Positions 35,998 through 44,608 of a DNA stretch of 64,000 bases are shown here, piece by piece. Source of the stretch: Candidatus Woesearchaeota archaeon (lineage in GTDB: Archaea > Nanobdellota > Nanobdellia > SCGC-AAA011-G17 > JAGVXY01); the NCBI GenBank assembly GCA_018303545.1, contig JAGVXY010000009.1, positions 24,350 to 88,349 of the forward strand, read 5' to 3'. The notes below the pieces were generated by a model. The model saw only the letters and a list, made by a program, of their open reading frames with translations, made no database searches and was not told the DNA's origin. Each line of letters starts with the position of its first letter. Position 1 is the first letter of the stretch. The position numbers and the translations under genes were made by a program.

Positions 35998-37170
35998 TTG
36001 ATGATAAAAAACTACAAGTTTAGGATTTATCCAAATAAAATGCAGAATAATGCACTGCAAACCACATTGAAACAGGTTAGATTCGTGTACAATAAGCAGC
36101 TAGAACTTAAAATTAAGATATACAAAGATGAAAGCAAAAACCTTTCACAATTTGAATTGAACGATTATTTAATCGAATTAAAGAAAAAATATCCCTTTCT
36201 TCTAAAGCTGCATTCTCAAGTTCTGCAGAATATAAATCAAAGAATCAACTTAGCATTCAAGAGTTTTTACCTCAGGGCAAAAAGAGGCGAGAAGCCAGGG
36301 TTTCCAAGATTTAAGGGCAAGAATAGATATGATTCAATAACTTATCCGCAATCTGGATTTTCATTGAATGACAAGTTATATATTTCAAAAATCGGGGAAA
36401 TAAATATAGTGAAACATAGGTATATCAAAGGAAGGATAAAGACAATGACTATAAAAAGAACTGCTACAAACAAATGGTTTGCATTTTTTACCGCAATGCA
36501 AGAAAATAAACCTAGCAAAATAATCAATAGGCAAATAGTGGGCATAGATCTCGGACTATCTCATTTTTATGCAGATAGCAGAGGGAATATCATAAATAAC
36601 CCAAGATATCTGAGAAACTCTGAGCAGAGATTAATAAAAATTCAAAGGAAACATTCAAGAAAAAGGAAAGGAGGCCATAACAGAAAAAAATCTAGATTAA
36701 AACTAGCTATAATCCATGAAAAGATCACTAACCAAAGGAATGATTTCTTGCATAAGGAATCAAGAAAATTGGCAAATGATTACTCATTCGTTGCTGTTGA
36801 AAAATTATCAATAAAAGATATGTCCAAAAACAGATACTTAGCGAAATCAATTGCAGATGTATCATGGCATAAATTTCTGCAGATGCTTGCTTACAAAGTG
36901 GAAGAAACTGGTGGCAAGCTCGTGAAAATTAATGCTCATGGAACGTCGCAGCATTGTATATGTGGCAATAAAGTAGAAAAGACGTTGGCAATAAGAACCC
37001 ATAGATGCAATAATTGCGGAGTTGAAATTGACAGAGATATTATGTCTGCAATCATTATAGAAAAACTTGCCTTTTTTGGCACTACCGCAGGAAGTGCGGA
37101 AAGTAACGCTTGGGGATATGAAAGGATGCTTTCGTCGGTGAACCAAGAACTCTCTTTGCATTCAAGTTGA
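35998..37170 (+). CDS. tnpB: IS200/IS605-family TnpB (OrfB; RuvC-like RNA-guided nuclease)
   Basis: OrfB N-terminus MIKNYKFRIYPNKMQ, RuvC-like IVGIDLG, zinc finger CICGNKVEKTLAIRTHRCNNCG. 390 aa. Confidence 0.9.
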   Translation: MMIKNYKFRIYPNKMQNNALQTTLKQVRFVYNKQLELKIKIYKDESKNLSQFELNDYLIELKKKYPFLLKLHSQVLQNINQRINLAFKSFYLRAKRGEKPGFPRFKGKNRYDSITYPQSGFSLNDKLYISKIGEINIVKHRYIKGRIKTMTIKRTATNKWFAFFTAMQENKPSKIINRQIVGIDLGLSHFYADSRGNIINNPRYLRNSEQRLIKIQRKHSRKRKGGHNRKKSRLKLAIIHEKITNQRNDFLHKESRKLANDYSFVAVEKLSIKDMSKNRYLAKSIADVSWHKFLQMLAYKVEETGGKLVKINAHGTSQHCICGNKVEKTLAIRTHRCNNCGVEIDRDIMSAIIIEKLAFFGTTAGSAESNAWGYERMLSSVNQELSLHSS

Positions 37171-37177
37171 TGGATGC

Positions 37178-37195
37178 TTCGGAGTTTGCTCCGAA
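37178..37195 (+). repeat. Subterminal hairpin ttcggag-tttg-ctccgaa immediately 3' of tnpB (IS605-type right end / candidate omega-RNA region)
   Basis: Perfect 7-bp stem, 8 nt after the tnpB stop. Confidence 0.4.
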
Positions 37196-37205
37196 TTGGG
37201 AGGCT

Positions 37206-37856
37206 TCACTTTCTCATTATTCCGAGCATATAAAGCCCAAATTTAGAAGCATCTTTTAGCAGATCATCCTCTGTCACGCCCTCAATAACCACACATCCGT
37301 TATTCTCTTGGTATATTCTTGTCTGGTTGGCTAATTTCATATACAGCACGCCAGAAGTTTCATTTACATCAGCACAAGTAATTACTGGATTATCTTTATA
37401 TTCTTCTGTCATAGCCCCAATGGTCTCTTTATTGAATAATTTTCCTGAAGACATAACCCTTGCCAATTCAATAGAAGCAAGAACAGTTTTTCCTTGAAGC
37501 CTTTCATCATGATCTATAGTTATAAAATACATATTCTTGCTTTGTATGTATTCTCTGTCTATATCTATAGGTATATCTTCAAGTTCTCTAGGCCCATATC
37601 TGAAATCAAAGTAATATGGGACATTATCTATCAAAATAGTCACTCTTGAAATATTTGTCAAATCCTCCCTTATTTCTTCAACAGGATAACTATCGAAGCC
37701 GTTATCGTAATTATACTTCCCAGTTAATTCAGAGAATGTGTTTGTATCTTTGATTAAATAGACAAAAACAGCAAAAATTACCAATATGGCAACAAGTGCT
37801 CCCATGATAATATCAATTCCCTTTTCCATTTTATTCAAAAACTGTTTCAAGAACAA
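37206..37856 (-). CDS. Membrane-anchored hypothetical protein (tandem paralog A)
   Basis: N-terminal TM. Shares ...KLANQTRIYQENNGCVVIEG... with 37831..38397 (...KFMQANESKVSFDENCLIIEG...). Confidence 0.4.
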   Translation of the reverse strand: MFLKQFLNKMEKGIDIIMGALVAILVIFAVFVYLIKDTNTFSELTGKYNYDNGFDSYPVEEIREDLTNISRVTILIDNVPYYFDFRYGPRELEDIPIDIDREYIQSKNMYFITIDHDERLQGKTVLASIELARVMSSGKLFNKETIGAMTEEYKDNPVITCADVNETSGVLYMKLANQTRIYQENNGCVVIEGVTEDDLLKDASKFGLYMLGIMRK

Positions 37857-38397
37857 ATCTTTCAGTTGGAATATTTAAATCTTCCCCTTCTATTATAAGG
37901 CAGTTTTCATCAAAGCTTACTTTAGATTCATTGGCTTGCATGAATTTAACAATAAGGATTTTATTGGTCGCATCTTTGCAGTCTTTTAATGGCAGATTCT
38001 CACACCCGCTTCCATCATTATAGCAGGCCATATTTGTTGCAGCAGGGATATACATTTTAAGATTATTTGTATATGAATATAACGCTGGACGGTAATTCAA
38101 TCCTGGTGCAACAGAAAAGTATGCTTTTTCATAGCTTGAATATTTAAATCCCTCTATGCCCACAAGAGTTATATTTTTCATCAATTCTCTAGGATCGTTC
38201 ATAAGTGTAATCAATACATCTTCATTATATCCAACCCAATTGCTGTCTACCTGAGTGAACTTATGTCCATTAAATTCAACCGTTTCATTACTCTCATCAC
38301 CAAAATAGCCAAACACACTAAAAGTCATGAGAAAAATAATTAATAACCCGAAAATTATCTGCGTTCTCTTCTTCTTTACCTTGTCTCTATCTCTCAT
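37831..38397 (-). CDS. Membrane-anchored hypothetical protein (tandem paralog B; KKKRTQ-hydrophobic N-terminus)
   Basis: See paralog A. N-terminus KKKRTQIIFGLLIIFLM. Confidence 0.4.
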   Translation of the reverse strand: MRDRDKVKKKRTQIIFGLLIIFLMTFSVFGYFGDESNETVEFNGHKFTQVDSNWVGYNEDVLITLMNDPRELMKNITLVGIEGFKYSSYEKAYFSVAPGLNYRPALYSYTNNLKMYIPAATNMACYNDGSGCENLPLKDCKDATNKILIVKFMQANESKVSFDENCLIIEGEDLNIPTERFVLETVFE

Positions 38398-38438
38398 AGT
38401 ATAATGATAAAAAAAGAAGTAAGATATAAACTTTTTGG

Positions 38439-39293
38439 TTAAGCCGTGACTTTAATTAAGGCATATCTATTCTTTTGCTCATCATGATAAGGGAATATTT
38501 CGACAACAGTTACATCTAAGTCCCCAAGCTGTTTAGTTGTGCCTAAAATCACTTTTTTGTATGAATTACCCCCATTAAAGTCAAATCCAACACCCTTTTG
38601 ATCAATATATTCTATATCTGAAATGGTAATGGTTTGATTGGCAATAGTTATTTTATCGTGAACATAAGCTAAATATTCATCTGCCTTTAAAGCAAAGGGT
38701 TCAACTTTAATCGTAACATAGCTTTCTTGTCCCACAGATGCAGTCCAGTATCTTTTCGTTATCACAATTCTTTTATTCTTAAATATTTCAGCATCATTTA
38801 CATTATTCAGCGCAAGCTCAGTTCCATCAATATCAAAAGTAGAAGTGCCATCTTTTTCGTAGCTTAGAAGTGTAAATTCCATTCCATCAAGAGTTGCTGT
38901 TTCTCCTGCTGTTTTAAAAGTATATTCATTTGTGGAGACTACCCTAATTCCTCCGTCTAAAGCTTTGCAGTCATTTGGGCAATTGCATGAATTTTCTCCA
39001 GTCTTGCAGAAGCCATCTCCGCATTTTGCGCATACAAAAGCGCCTAACAATACTTGGCAGTTTTGTTCCGGTGTTGTCGGATTTAGGCTGTCTAATCCTT
39101 CGCAGCATTCATTTCCGGGAATTACTGCTCCAATCTTTCCCTCTTCAATGCAGGGCATTTTATTTTCCGAAGTGCATAAATCTGCGCTTTCAGCTTCAGT
39201 CCCATCAGGGCATATAAAAACTTTATTCTCTTCTGCGCAGCCAGCTAAAAACAGCAGAATAACAATCAACACCAATAATCCTCTTTTCATCAT
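38439..39293 (-). CDS. Cys-rich lipobox-bearing secreted protein (paralog 1)
   Basis: Signal MMKRGLLVLIVILLFLAGC, about 14 Cys in the N-terminal 110 aa. C-terminal domain shared with 39344..40012 (ADEYLAYVHDKITI / ADEYLLFVGEKVTI; FPYHDEQKNRYALIKV / FPKHDYQKDNYAIIKI). Confidence 0.45.
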   Translation of the reverse strand: MMKRGLLVLIVILLFLAGCAEENKVFICPDGTEAESADLCTSENKMPCIEEGKIGAVIPGNECCEGLDSLNPTTPEQNCQVLLGAFVCAKCGDGFCKTGENSCNCPNDCKALDGGIRVVSTNEYTFKTAGETATLDGMEFTLLSYEKDGTSTFDIDGTELALNNVNDAEIFKNKRIVITKRYWTASVGQESYVTIKVEPFALKADEYLAYVHDKITIANQTITISDIEYIDQKGVGFDFNGGNSYKKVILGTTKQLGDLDVTVVEIFPYHDEQKNRYALIKVTA

Positions 39294-39343
39294 AAATTCA
39301 CCACCTTATTAAATAAAATAAATAAAATAATATATAAATCTTT

Positions 39344-40012
39344 TTATCCTTTGACGATTTTTATAATCGCATAGTTGTCTTTTTGATAGTCATGCTTTGG
39401 GAACGCCTGTATATTGGTTATTTTCCAGCCTGCAACCTTTGTATTTGAATTATCATCAGTTACGCCAGGCATAAGCTCGACATCTTGATTCCCATCAAAT
39501 AGCATAGACAATTTATTTTGCATATCTATTTGCTCAAGTAAAAAATTTGTTCCATCTATTGTTACCTTTTCACCGACAAATAATAGATATTCGTCTGCGC
39601 CAAGTTCAAACTTTTTGCATTCTATCAAAACATTATTTCCTTCTGGTTTAGTTTCACTATAAATGTGCTGCCGTATTTTAAGGGTCACGCCATTTACAAT
39701 CTCTAAGGTTTTTGTGCCTTGAATTGTAGTTTTCATGTCATCTACACTTACGCCAAAATTAGCATATTTATCATGAGTCAATAATTTTAATGTTTTTCCC
39801 TCGCACATTACTGAATCACCTACTTTCATTGTGAACTCTCCGCTTGTTATTGTTTGATCCACATTTTGAGTTCCTGTATCTGCTGTTTTTTCCTGTTCTT
39901 CAGGGCATTGAATCATGTCATTAACTATTGTCCCATCTGGACACACATACTTTGCTCCGCATCCGCTTAAAATAAGCACCGCGAAAACTAAAATTGCTAA
40001 AATGTATTTCAT
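39344..40012 (-). CDS. Cys-containing lipobox-bearing secreted protein (paralog 2)
   Basis: Signal MKYILAILVFAVLILSGC. Conserved C-terminal domain, see 38439..39293. Confidence 0.45.
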   Translation of the reverse strand: MKYILAILVFAVLILSGCGAKYVCPDGTIVNDMIQCPEEQEKTADTGTQNVDQTITSGEFTMKVGDSVMCEGKTLKLLTHDKYANFGVSVDDMKTTIQGTKTLEIVNGVTLKIRQHIYSETKPEGNNVLIECKKFELGADEYLLFVGEKVTIDGTNFLLEQIDMQNKLSMLFDGNQDVELMPGVTDDNSNTKVAGWKITNIQAFPKHDYQKDNYAIIKIVKG

Positions 40013-40153
40013 ATTTTAAACACCTCCAATATATTGATAGAATTAATAATAATCATTTAATTTATAAAGTTTATCTAAGAAAAAATAAAATGTTAATTTT
40101 CAATCAATAATTTCGAAGCAGAACAAGCAATATAGGATTATAGGTACATAAAT

Positions 40154-40816
40154 TCATAATTCAACACTGCCGCTTAAGATAATTCCATTAAGAATATTCT
40201 CTCTAAGATTTTTATGTATTTCGTTCCATGACCCATAGAAATTTAAGCTTATTTTTCTCTCAAGCTTTTTTTCAAAATTGACCGTATTTACTTCTTTATC
40301 TTTAATTCCAATAATAGCAATATCAATATCCGAACAAAGTTCACCTACTTCATTGGCAATTATGTCTTCTCCTCTCGAATAGCTGCCAAATAAGACTATT
40401 GAAGCGCCGGGAAACAGTTCGTATAAGTATTCGGAAAGTCCAGATTCATATATCATCCTTAGATTTTCTGATCTTTTAAGCTCTATTGCTTTTGAATTAT
40501 TTCTGTTAAGCTCGACCATTGTTAAATTAATTGTTTTTGATTTTTTTATCATAACGAGCTCATCTTTACAAAATACCGTCAAAGAATTCGAAACAGCTGT
40601 CGGAGATGCTTTTAGCAATTTTGCTAGTTCCCGCATATTCATAGGCTGTCCGACTTTCAGGCAAAGTAATCTGAAAAGTTTAGCTTGTAAGCGTGTCCAA
40701 ATAAATTTATATATATCCATTTTATTAGATACGTATCCACTAAAGTTTATATAACTTTCGGTTTTATCATAATAATCAGTTTCAATTTCAGACGCAAGGC
40801 TCATAGTAATTCTCAA
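40154..40816 (-). CDS. wHTH-fused minimal nucleotidyltransferase (second of three in the window)
   Basis: IVLFGSYSRGEDI...SDIDIAII, N-terminal wHTH, C-terminal ENILNGIILSG shared with 48722..49252. Confidence 0.7.
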   Translation of the reverse strand: MRITMSLASEIETDYYDKTESYINFSGYVSNKMDIYKFIWTRLQAKLFRLLCLKVGQPMNMRELAKLLKASPTAVSNSLTVFCKDELVMIKKSKTINLTMVELNRNNSKAIELKRSENLRMIYESGLSEYLYELFPGASIVLFGSYSRGEDIIANEVGELCSDIDIAIIGIKDKEVNTVNFEKKLERKISLNFYGSWNEIHKNLRENILNGIILSGSVEL

Positions 40817-40964
40817 GACAGTTATTAACTCAATTTAAGGGGGCTTGTAGGTTTATATGACTTCTCCAAGAAAAATCGGAAGATTTTCGATAAGTAATCA
40901 ATTAATATATCTAAGAAAAAATGAAGAACCTCGGACTAAAGTCCGAGGTATCTCGAAGATAAAA

Positions 40965-41369
40965 TTACCACGCACCTTGCGAAGATGAGATGTAGTGCTT
41001 GATGGTTTCTGTGGTCACGTTTCCAACGCTTCTGAAGAATTTGCCTGAACTCCAAAAATGTCCTCTTCTGAAGTGTCTCCTCAGCCAAGGATGCTGCTTA
41101 AAAATTCTGTAAGCAGAATATCCTTTGAATAATTGCAGCGCCTTGGAAACGCTTATTGTGTGTGGAACTTCGACAAAGATATGTATGTGGTCCGGCTGTA
41201 CGATGAGTTCATACACCTCAAATTTGTGCTTTGCAGCAACTTCCCGAAGGACTTGCTCGCAAAGATCCCTAAGTTTTGCGAATTTGAACGGATCTTTGGC
41301 ATATTTTGGCTTCCATACAAAGTGAAATGCATTCTGTCCCGCTGCGTGTCTAAATCTATTTATTTCCAT
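40965..41369 (-). CDS. tnpA: IS200/IS605-family Y1 (HUH) transposase TnpA
   Basis: HUH motif HIHIFVEVP, catalytic Tyr region GYSAYRIF, 134 aa. Confidence 0.9.
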   Translation of the reverse strand: MEINRFRHAAGQNAFHFVWKPKYAKDPFKFAKLRDLCEQVLREVAAKHKFEVYELIVQPDHIHIFVEVPHTISVSKALQLFKGYSAYRIFKQHPWLRRHFRRGHFWSSGKFFRSVGNVTTETIKHYISSSQGAW

Positions 41370-41477
41370 TTTATTCTCCTGCGCAAAGCTTAAGAATACA
41401 GCACACTACTTACTAAATGGATTACGTGAGTGCGCCGATTCCGTTGCGCACTCTTATTTTTATTTTAAAAATTTAAG

Positions 41478-41589
41478 AAGATTTAGTTTACCCTGCGCTA
41501 AAGCGCAAGGTATTCTTACAATGTAATAAAAAAAAGATTTAGTTTACCCTGCGCTAAAGCGCAAGGTATTCTTACAATGTAATAAAAAA
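41478..41589. repeat. Perfect tandem direct repeat, 2 x 56 bp, each containing an imperfect palindrome ccctgcgc-taaa-gcgcaagg
   Basis: Seen directly. agatttagtttaccctgcgctaaagcgcaaggtattcttacaatgtaataaaaaaa occurs twice. Confidence 0.8.
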
Positions 41590-41611
41590 AATAAAAAAAT
41601 ATTAGTTAGGT

Positions 41612-43642
41612 TTAACTAACTGATATGTCGCTATTCGAAGTTCCGCTGATCTTAGCTTCTGCTTTATCAACAGTCATCAAGTAGGTTTCATACTCAGCAA
41701 CAGCTTTGCAAGCTCTTCTTGTATCAGCTGCACTTGTACCAGCAACAAGCATTGCTACATTGTCACCGTTCTCAACCAACTTTACCATTGCTTCACCAGA
41801 TGCTAGTTCCCAGCCATCACAAGTCACACCGAATAGACTTGCTGATAGTGCGTTTGCACATGGACCACCTATAGCTACGATGTTATAGGAAGCCGGACTT
41901 GAAACTTCACTTGCTAGCTTTGACACTGGACTGATAGACGTAGGTACATATGATGAACCTCCGCTTGTCACAACAGCGCTTGGGCCTTTAACGACGATGT
42001 TCGCATAGACTTGGTCAGATGGGATCATTAATGAAACCTCATCACTTGCACCATGGCTCTTAGGATTCAATATCTTGATTCCATAAGCGTTTCTATGGTC
42101 TTCATCTTTTGTACCAATGCTAGTTGTACCACTTACCAACTCGCTTGCTTCTTCAGTATCCTTTGCAGGACCTAATGAAGTAACATCGGCAGTAGTATTC
42201 TGCATTTTTCCCACATATTTTATTTTATGTGGTGAGTCCTTATCCTTGTAGAAGATAGCTGGAGTGCTATTCATATCTACTCCGAATTGAACCATCGTAG
42301 TGTACGCTATCCAAACTTCTTTAGTCTTTACATCACTGGTTACATTTTGGTCCCCAAGTATGTTTGCACCATGCACAGTAAGTCCTTCGTCTAATGGAGT
42401 ACTTATGTGGATAGTTGACATGCTGGTATTTGTTCCGCCAGATCCCCATGCATCACTCAAGTCTGTATTTGTCTCAAGCTCGATTGTCAATGCCTTATAC
42501 TGATCATCTGGAACAGACAATGAGTCTAAGCAAACTGATGCAAAGCTGTTTGGCATACTGATGCATTCTCCAACCTTTTTAGGGCTATCCGAATAGTCAT
42601 CAAAGTAGTTGTCGTTCTGCACACCTAGGATTTGACCTGTGCTTACAGCAAATATATTTGCAATACTCCATACCCAGTCAGGATCATCTTGGTCTTCACC
42701 AATAAATGCGTCCCCGCTGTCGTATGTTTCAGCAGATTGTGTACCGACTACTAAATTAGCCGATGACTCGCCAGCATTAGACTTTGCGATTACACTGTCA
42801 ACAGTGATCTCTAGTCCATTTACTGTGTTTGTAGTGGCTGTGTTAATGACTTTTGTGACGCCATCAACGCTCACTGAAACACTTGCTGAGCCAACAGATA
42901 ACAACTTTACTTCTTTGCCGTTAACTGTTACTGTCTCGCCTTCAGTTAGGTAATACTCTTCACCAACATAAGCAGTCAACGTAGTTCCGGTTGACGCTAC
43001 ATTTGTGATTTTCAAAGTCTTTCCTAAGAACTTGATTTCAGCTGGTTGTGCGGTTGTTGATGCGTTTAAACTTATCGCTTCATCAAACACATAGTAATAA
43101 TTTATTACTTTTCTAGCTGGTAGCTCGAAGTATATGTCCGACTTGTAGTCATCATCGCTGCTTGTCAACGAAGTTTGAGGTAAAGGACCGCCTGTGAAGT
43201 TTAACTTCTCAGATGTGTCATATACAGCGCCTTGGAATGTTATTTCTCCATCGAAGAAACCTTCCAAATCATCGTCCTGCAGTTCAGCATCAAACTTGTT
43301 TACACCGGATGTTATGTTCCATCCTAATGCGATTTTATTAGTCTTACCACCTGTAACAGAAACAGTTGTTCCGCCAGATGTGACTTTTGTCTTTGCTAGG
43401 TATTGCATATTTGCTGTGATCAGGCTCAGACCTAATGTGTCTGCAGCATCTGCTTTATCACCTACAACAAATACGTTTTTGCTATTGTAGACACCATTTG
43501 TGTCAACGAATGGAGCTGGATACTCGCTTAGCTTCAATGCCATAGCGCCAGTCAATGTTGCACCCAACATTGCCATTCCTGTACCAACAGCAGCAACTAC
43601 CTTCATAGCTTTCTTAGCTTTTAGTACATACTTTTCATGCAT
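41612..43642 (-). CDS. S-layer protein, Methanococcus-type (S_layer_N / S_layer_C-like)
   Basis: Signal peptide, then LKLSEYPAPFVDTNGVYNSKNVFVVGDKADAADTLGLSLI (N-terminal S-layer motif), and C-terminal YNIVAIGGPCANALSASLFGVTCDGWEL. SD GGAGGTG 9 nt upstream. Confidence 0.7.
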   Translation of the reverse strand: MHEKYVLKAKKAMKVVAAVGTGMAMLGATLTGAMALKLSEYPAPFVDTNGVYNSKNVFVVGDKADAADTLGLSLITANMQYLAKTKVTSGGTTVSVTGGKTNKIALGWNITSGVNKFDAELQDDDLEGFFDGEITFQGAVYDTSEKLNFTGGPLPQTSLTSSDDDYKSDIYFELPARKVINYYYVFDEAISLNASTTAQPAEIKFLGKTLKITNVASTGTTLTAYVGEEYYLTEGETVTVNGKEVKLLSVGSASVSVSVDGVTKVINTATTNTVNGLEITVDSVIAKSNAGESSANLVVGTQSAETYDSGDAFIGEDQDDPDWVWSIANIFAVSTGQILGVQNDNYFDDYSDSPKKVGECISMPNSFASVCLDSLSVPDDQYKALTIELETNTDLSDAWGSGGTNTSMSTIHISTPLDEGLTVHGANILGDQNVTSDVKTKEVWIAYTTMVQFGVDMNSTPAIFYKDKDSPHKIKYVGKMQNTTADVTSLGPAKDTEEASELVSGTTSIGTKDEDHRNAYGIKILNPKSHGASDEVSLMIPSDQVYANIVVKGPSAVVTSGGSSYVPTSISPVSKLASEVSSPASYNIVAIGGPCANALSASLFGVTCDGWELASGEAMVKLVENGDNVAMLVAGTSAADTRRACKAVAEYETYLMTVDKAEAKISGTSNSDISVS

Positions 43643-43927
43643 GTGTTAAACACCTCCGTGTTCTTATTTCCCACCCTGATTTTCAGGGCAGTCTAATGTT
43701 TTTCAACATTATACCCATACCTAACCATAGTTAGGCATAAACCTATAAATGACGGATTTCTTTTATAAATATTTCTGTATTTGATAACATATTAAACCCT
43801 CAATTCTCAAGTTTTAGAAGGCCACAGCCCGTATAACCCCATTTAACCGATAAATCGAGTTGACTACTGCGCATAAACAACAACTATTAAAAAGGGGTTT
43901 AAATAGGTTACGCAAAAAACACTATTT

Positions 43928-44386
43928 TTAGTATGAAGTAGTATTACTGCAGAATTTAATATTAACAAAGAAAGTTCCTTCTGGTCCAGTAGAAATTGGT
44001 GTGTCATAAGTGATTCCATACTTGCAGGGATCATTAATTTTAACAATAGACTGATTATTCAACAGGTAATTAAAATAGTAAGGCTTATCCCACCCAAGAG
44101 AATTCATTATTTTAGGCACTTCTTCTTTCACAAGTTCACAAGCATCCTTTCCGCAGACATCCAAATTTAAATAACAATCTTCTAAAATCTTTTTCATATC
44201 AGATTCACCACAAGGAGTATATTTGCCTATAGCATTAACTAAATTAGCTCCAAACAATTTATACCTTGCATTGTCAATATTCGAACTTTGAGGAGTTAAA
44301 CGAAACATTAGAAACACAACAGCAATTATCACAATAAGTATTACAATTATTACCATCCCCACAATTTCAATCTGTGCTCGCCTCAT
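43928..44386 (-). CDS. Pilin-like protein with class III signal peptide (MRRAQ|IEIV...)
   Basis: The likely start is the internal Met at 44386. The n-region RRA precedes Q and a long hydrophobic stretch with early Glu. Confidence 0.4.
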   Translation of the reverse strand: MRRAQIEIVGMVIIVILIVIIAVVFLMFRLTPQSSNIDNARYKLFGANLVNAIGKYTPCGESDMKKILEDCYLNLDVCGKDACELVKEEVPKIMNSLGWDKPYYFNYLLNNQSIVKINDPCKYGITYDTPISTGPEGTFFVNIKFCSNTTSY

Positions 44387-44608
44387 AAATAATATAATAA
44401 TCCAGACATTAATAAAGCTTATTGCCATTTTTTTAGAATTTTAATAAGACTGAATGGCTCAGATTATTTTTCAATTTCATTGTCTAAACGGAGTCAATTA
44501 GAAGATTATTGACAAAACAACTACCTCTTTCCGAAAGGCATATTAATCTTACCCCTACATTTTAAAAAAAAGAAAAGATTTAAATATTTGTAGGGATAAG
44601 GGATATTC

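Larger units (their letters stand above)
40900..41600 (-). mobile_element. IS200-like insertion sequence (approximate bounds): right-end hairpin, tnpA, 5' palindromes, duplicated left-end hairpin segment
   Basis: Right-end-side hairpin cctcggac-taaa-gtccgagg at 40929-40948. tnpA at 40965-41369. Perfect 8-bp palindrome gagtgcgc-N10-gcgcactc at 41428-41453. Two 56-bp tandem copies at 41478-41589, each with ccctgcgc-taaa-gcgcaagg. About 700 bp, typical of IS200. Confidence 0.6.

Noticed and set aside
36342-37161. ORFs 36342..36545 and 36862..37161 (minus strand)
   Set aside because: Antisense within tnpB.
41478-41589. Possible CRISPR array
   Set aside because: Only two directly abutting 56-bp copies, with no spacers, located in the left end of an IS200-like element. 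It is a tandem duplication, not CRISPR. No CRISPR-like arrays are seen elsewhere in the window.
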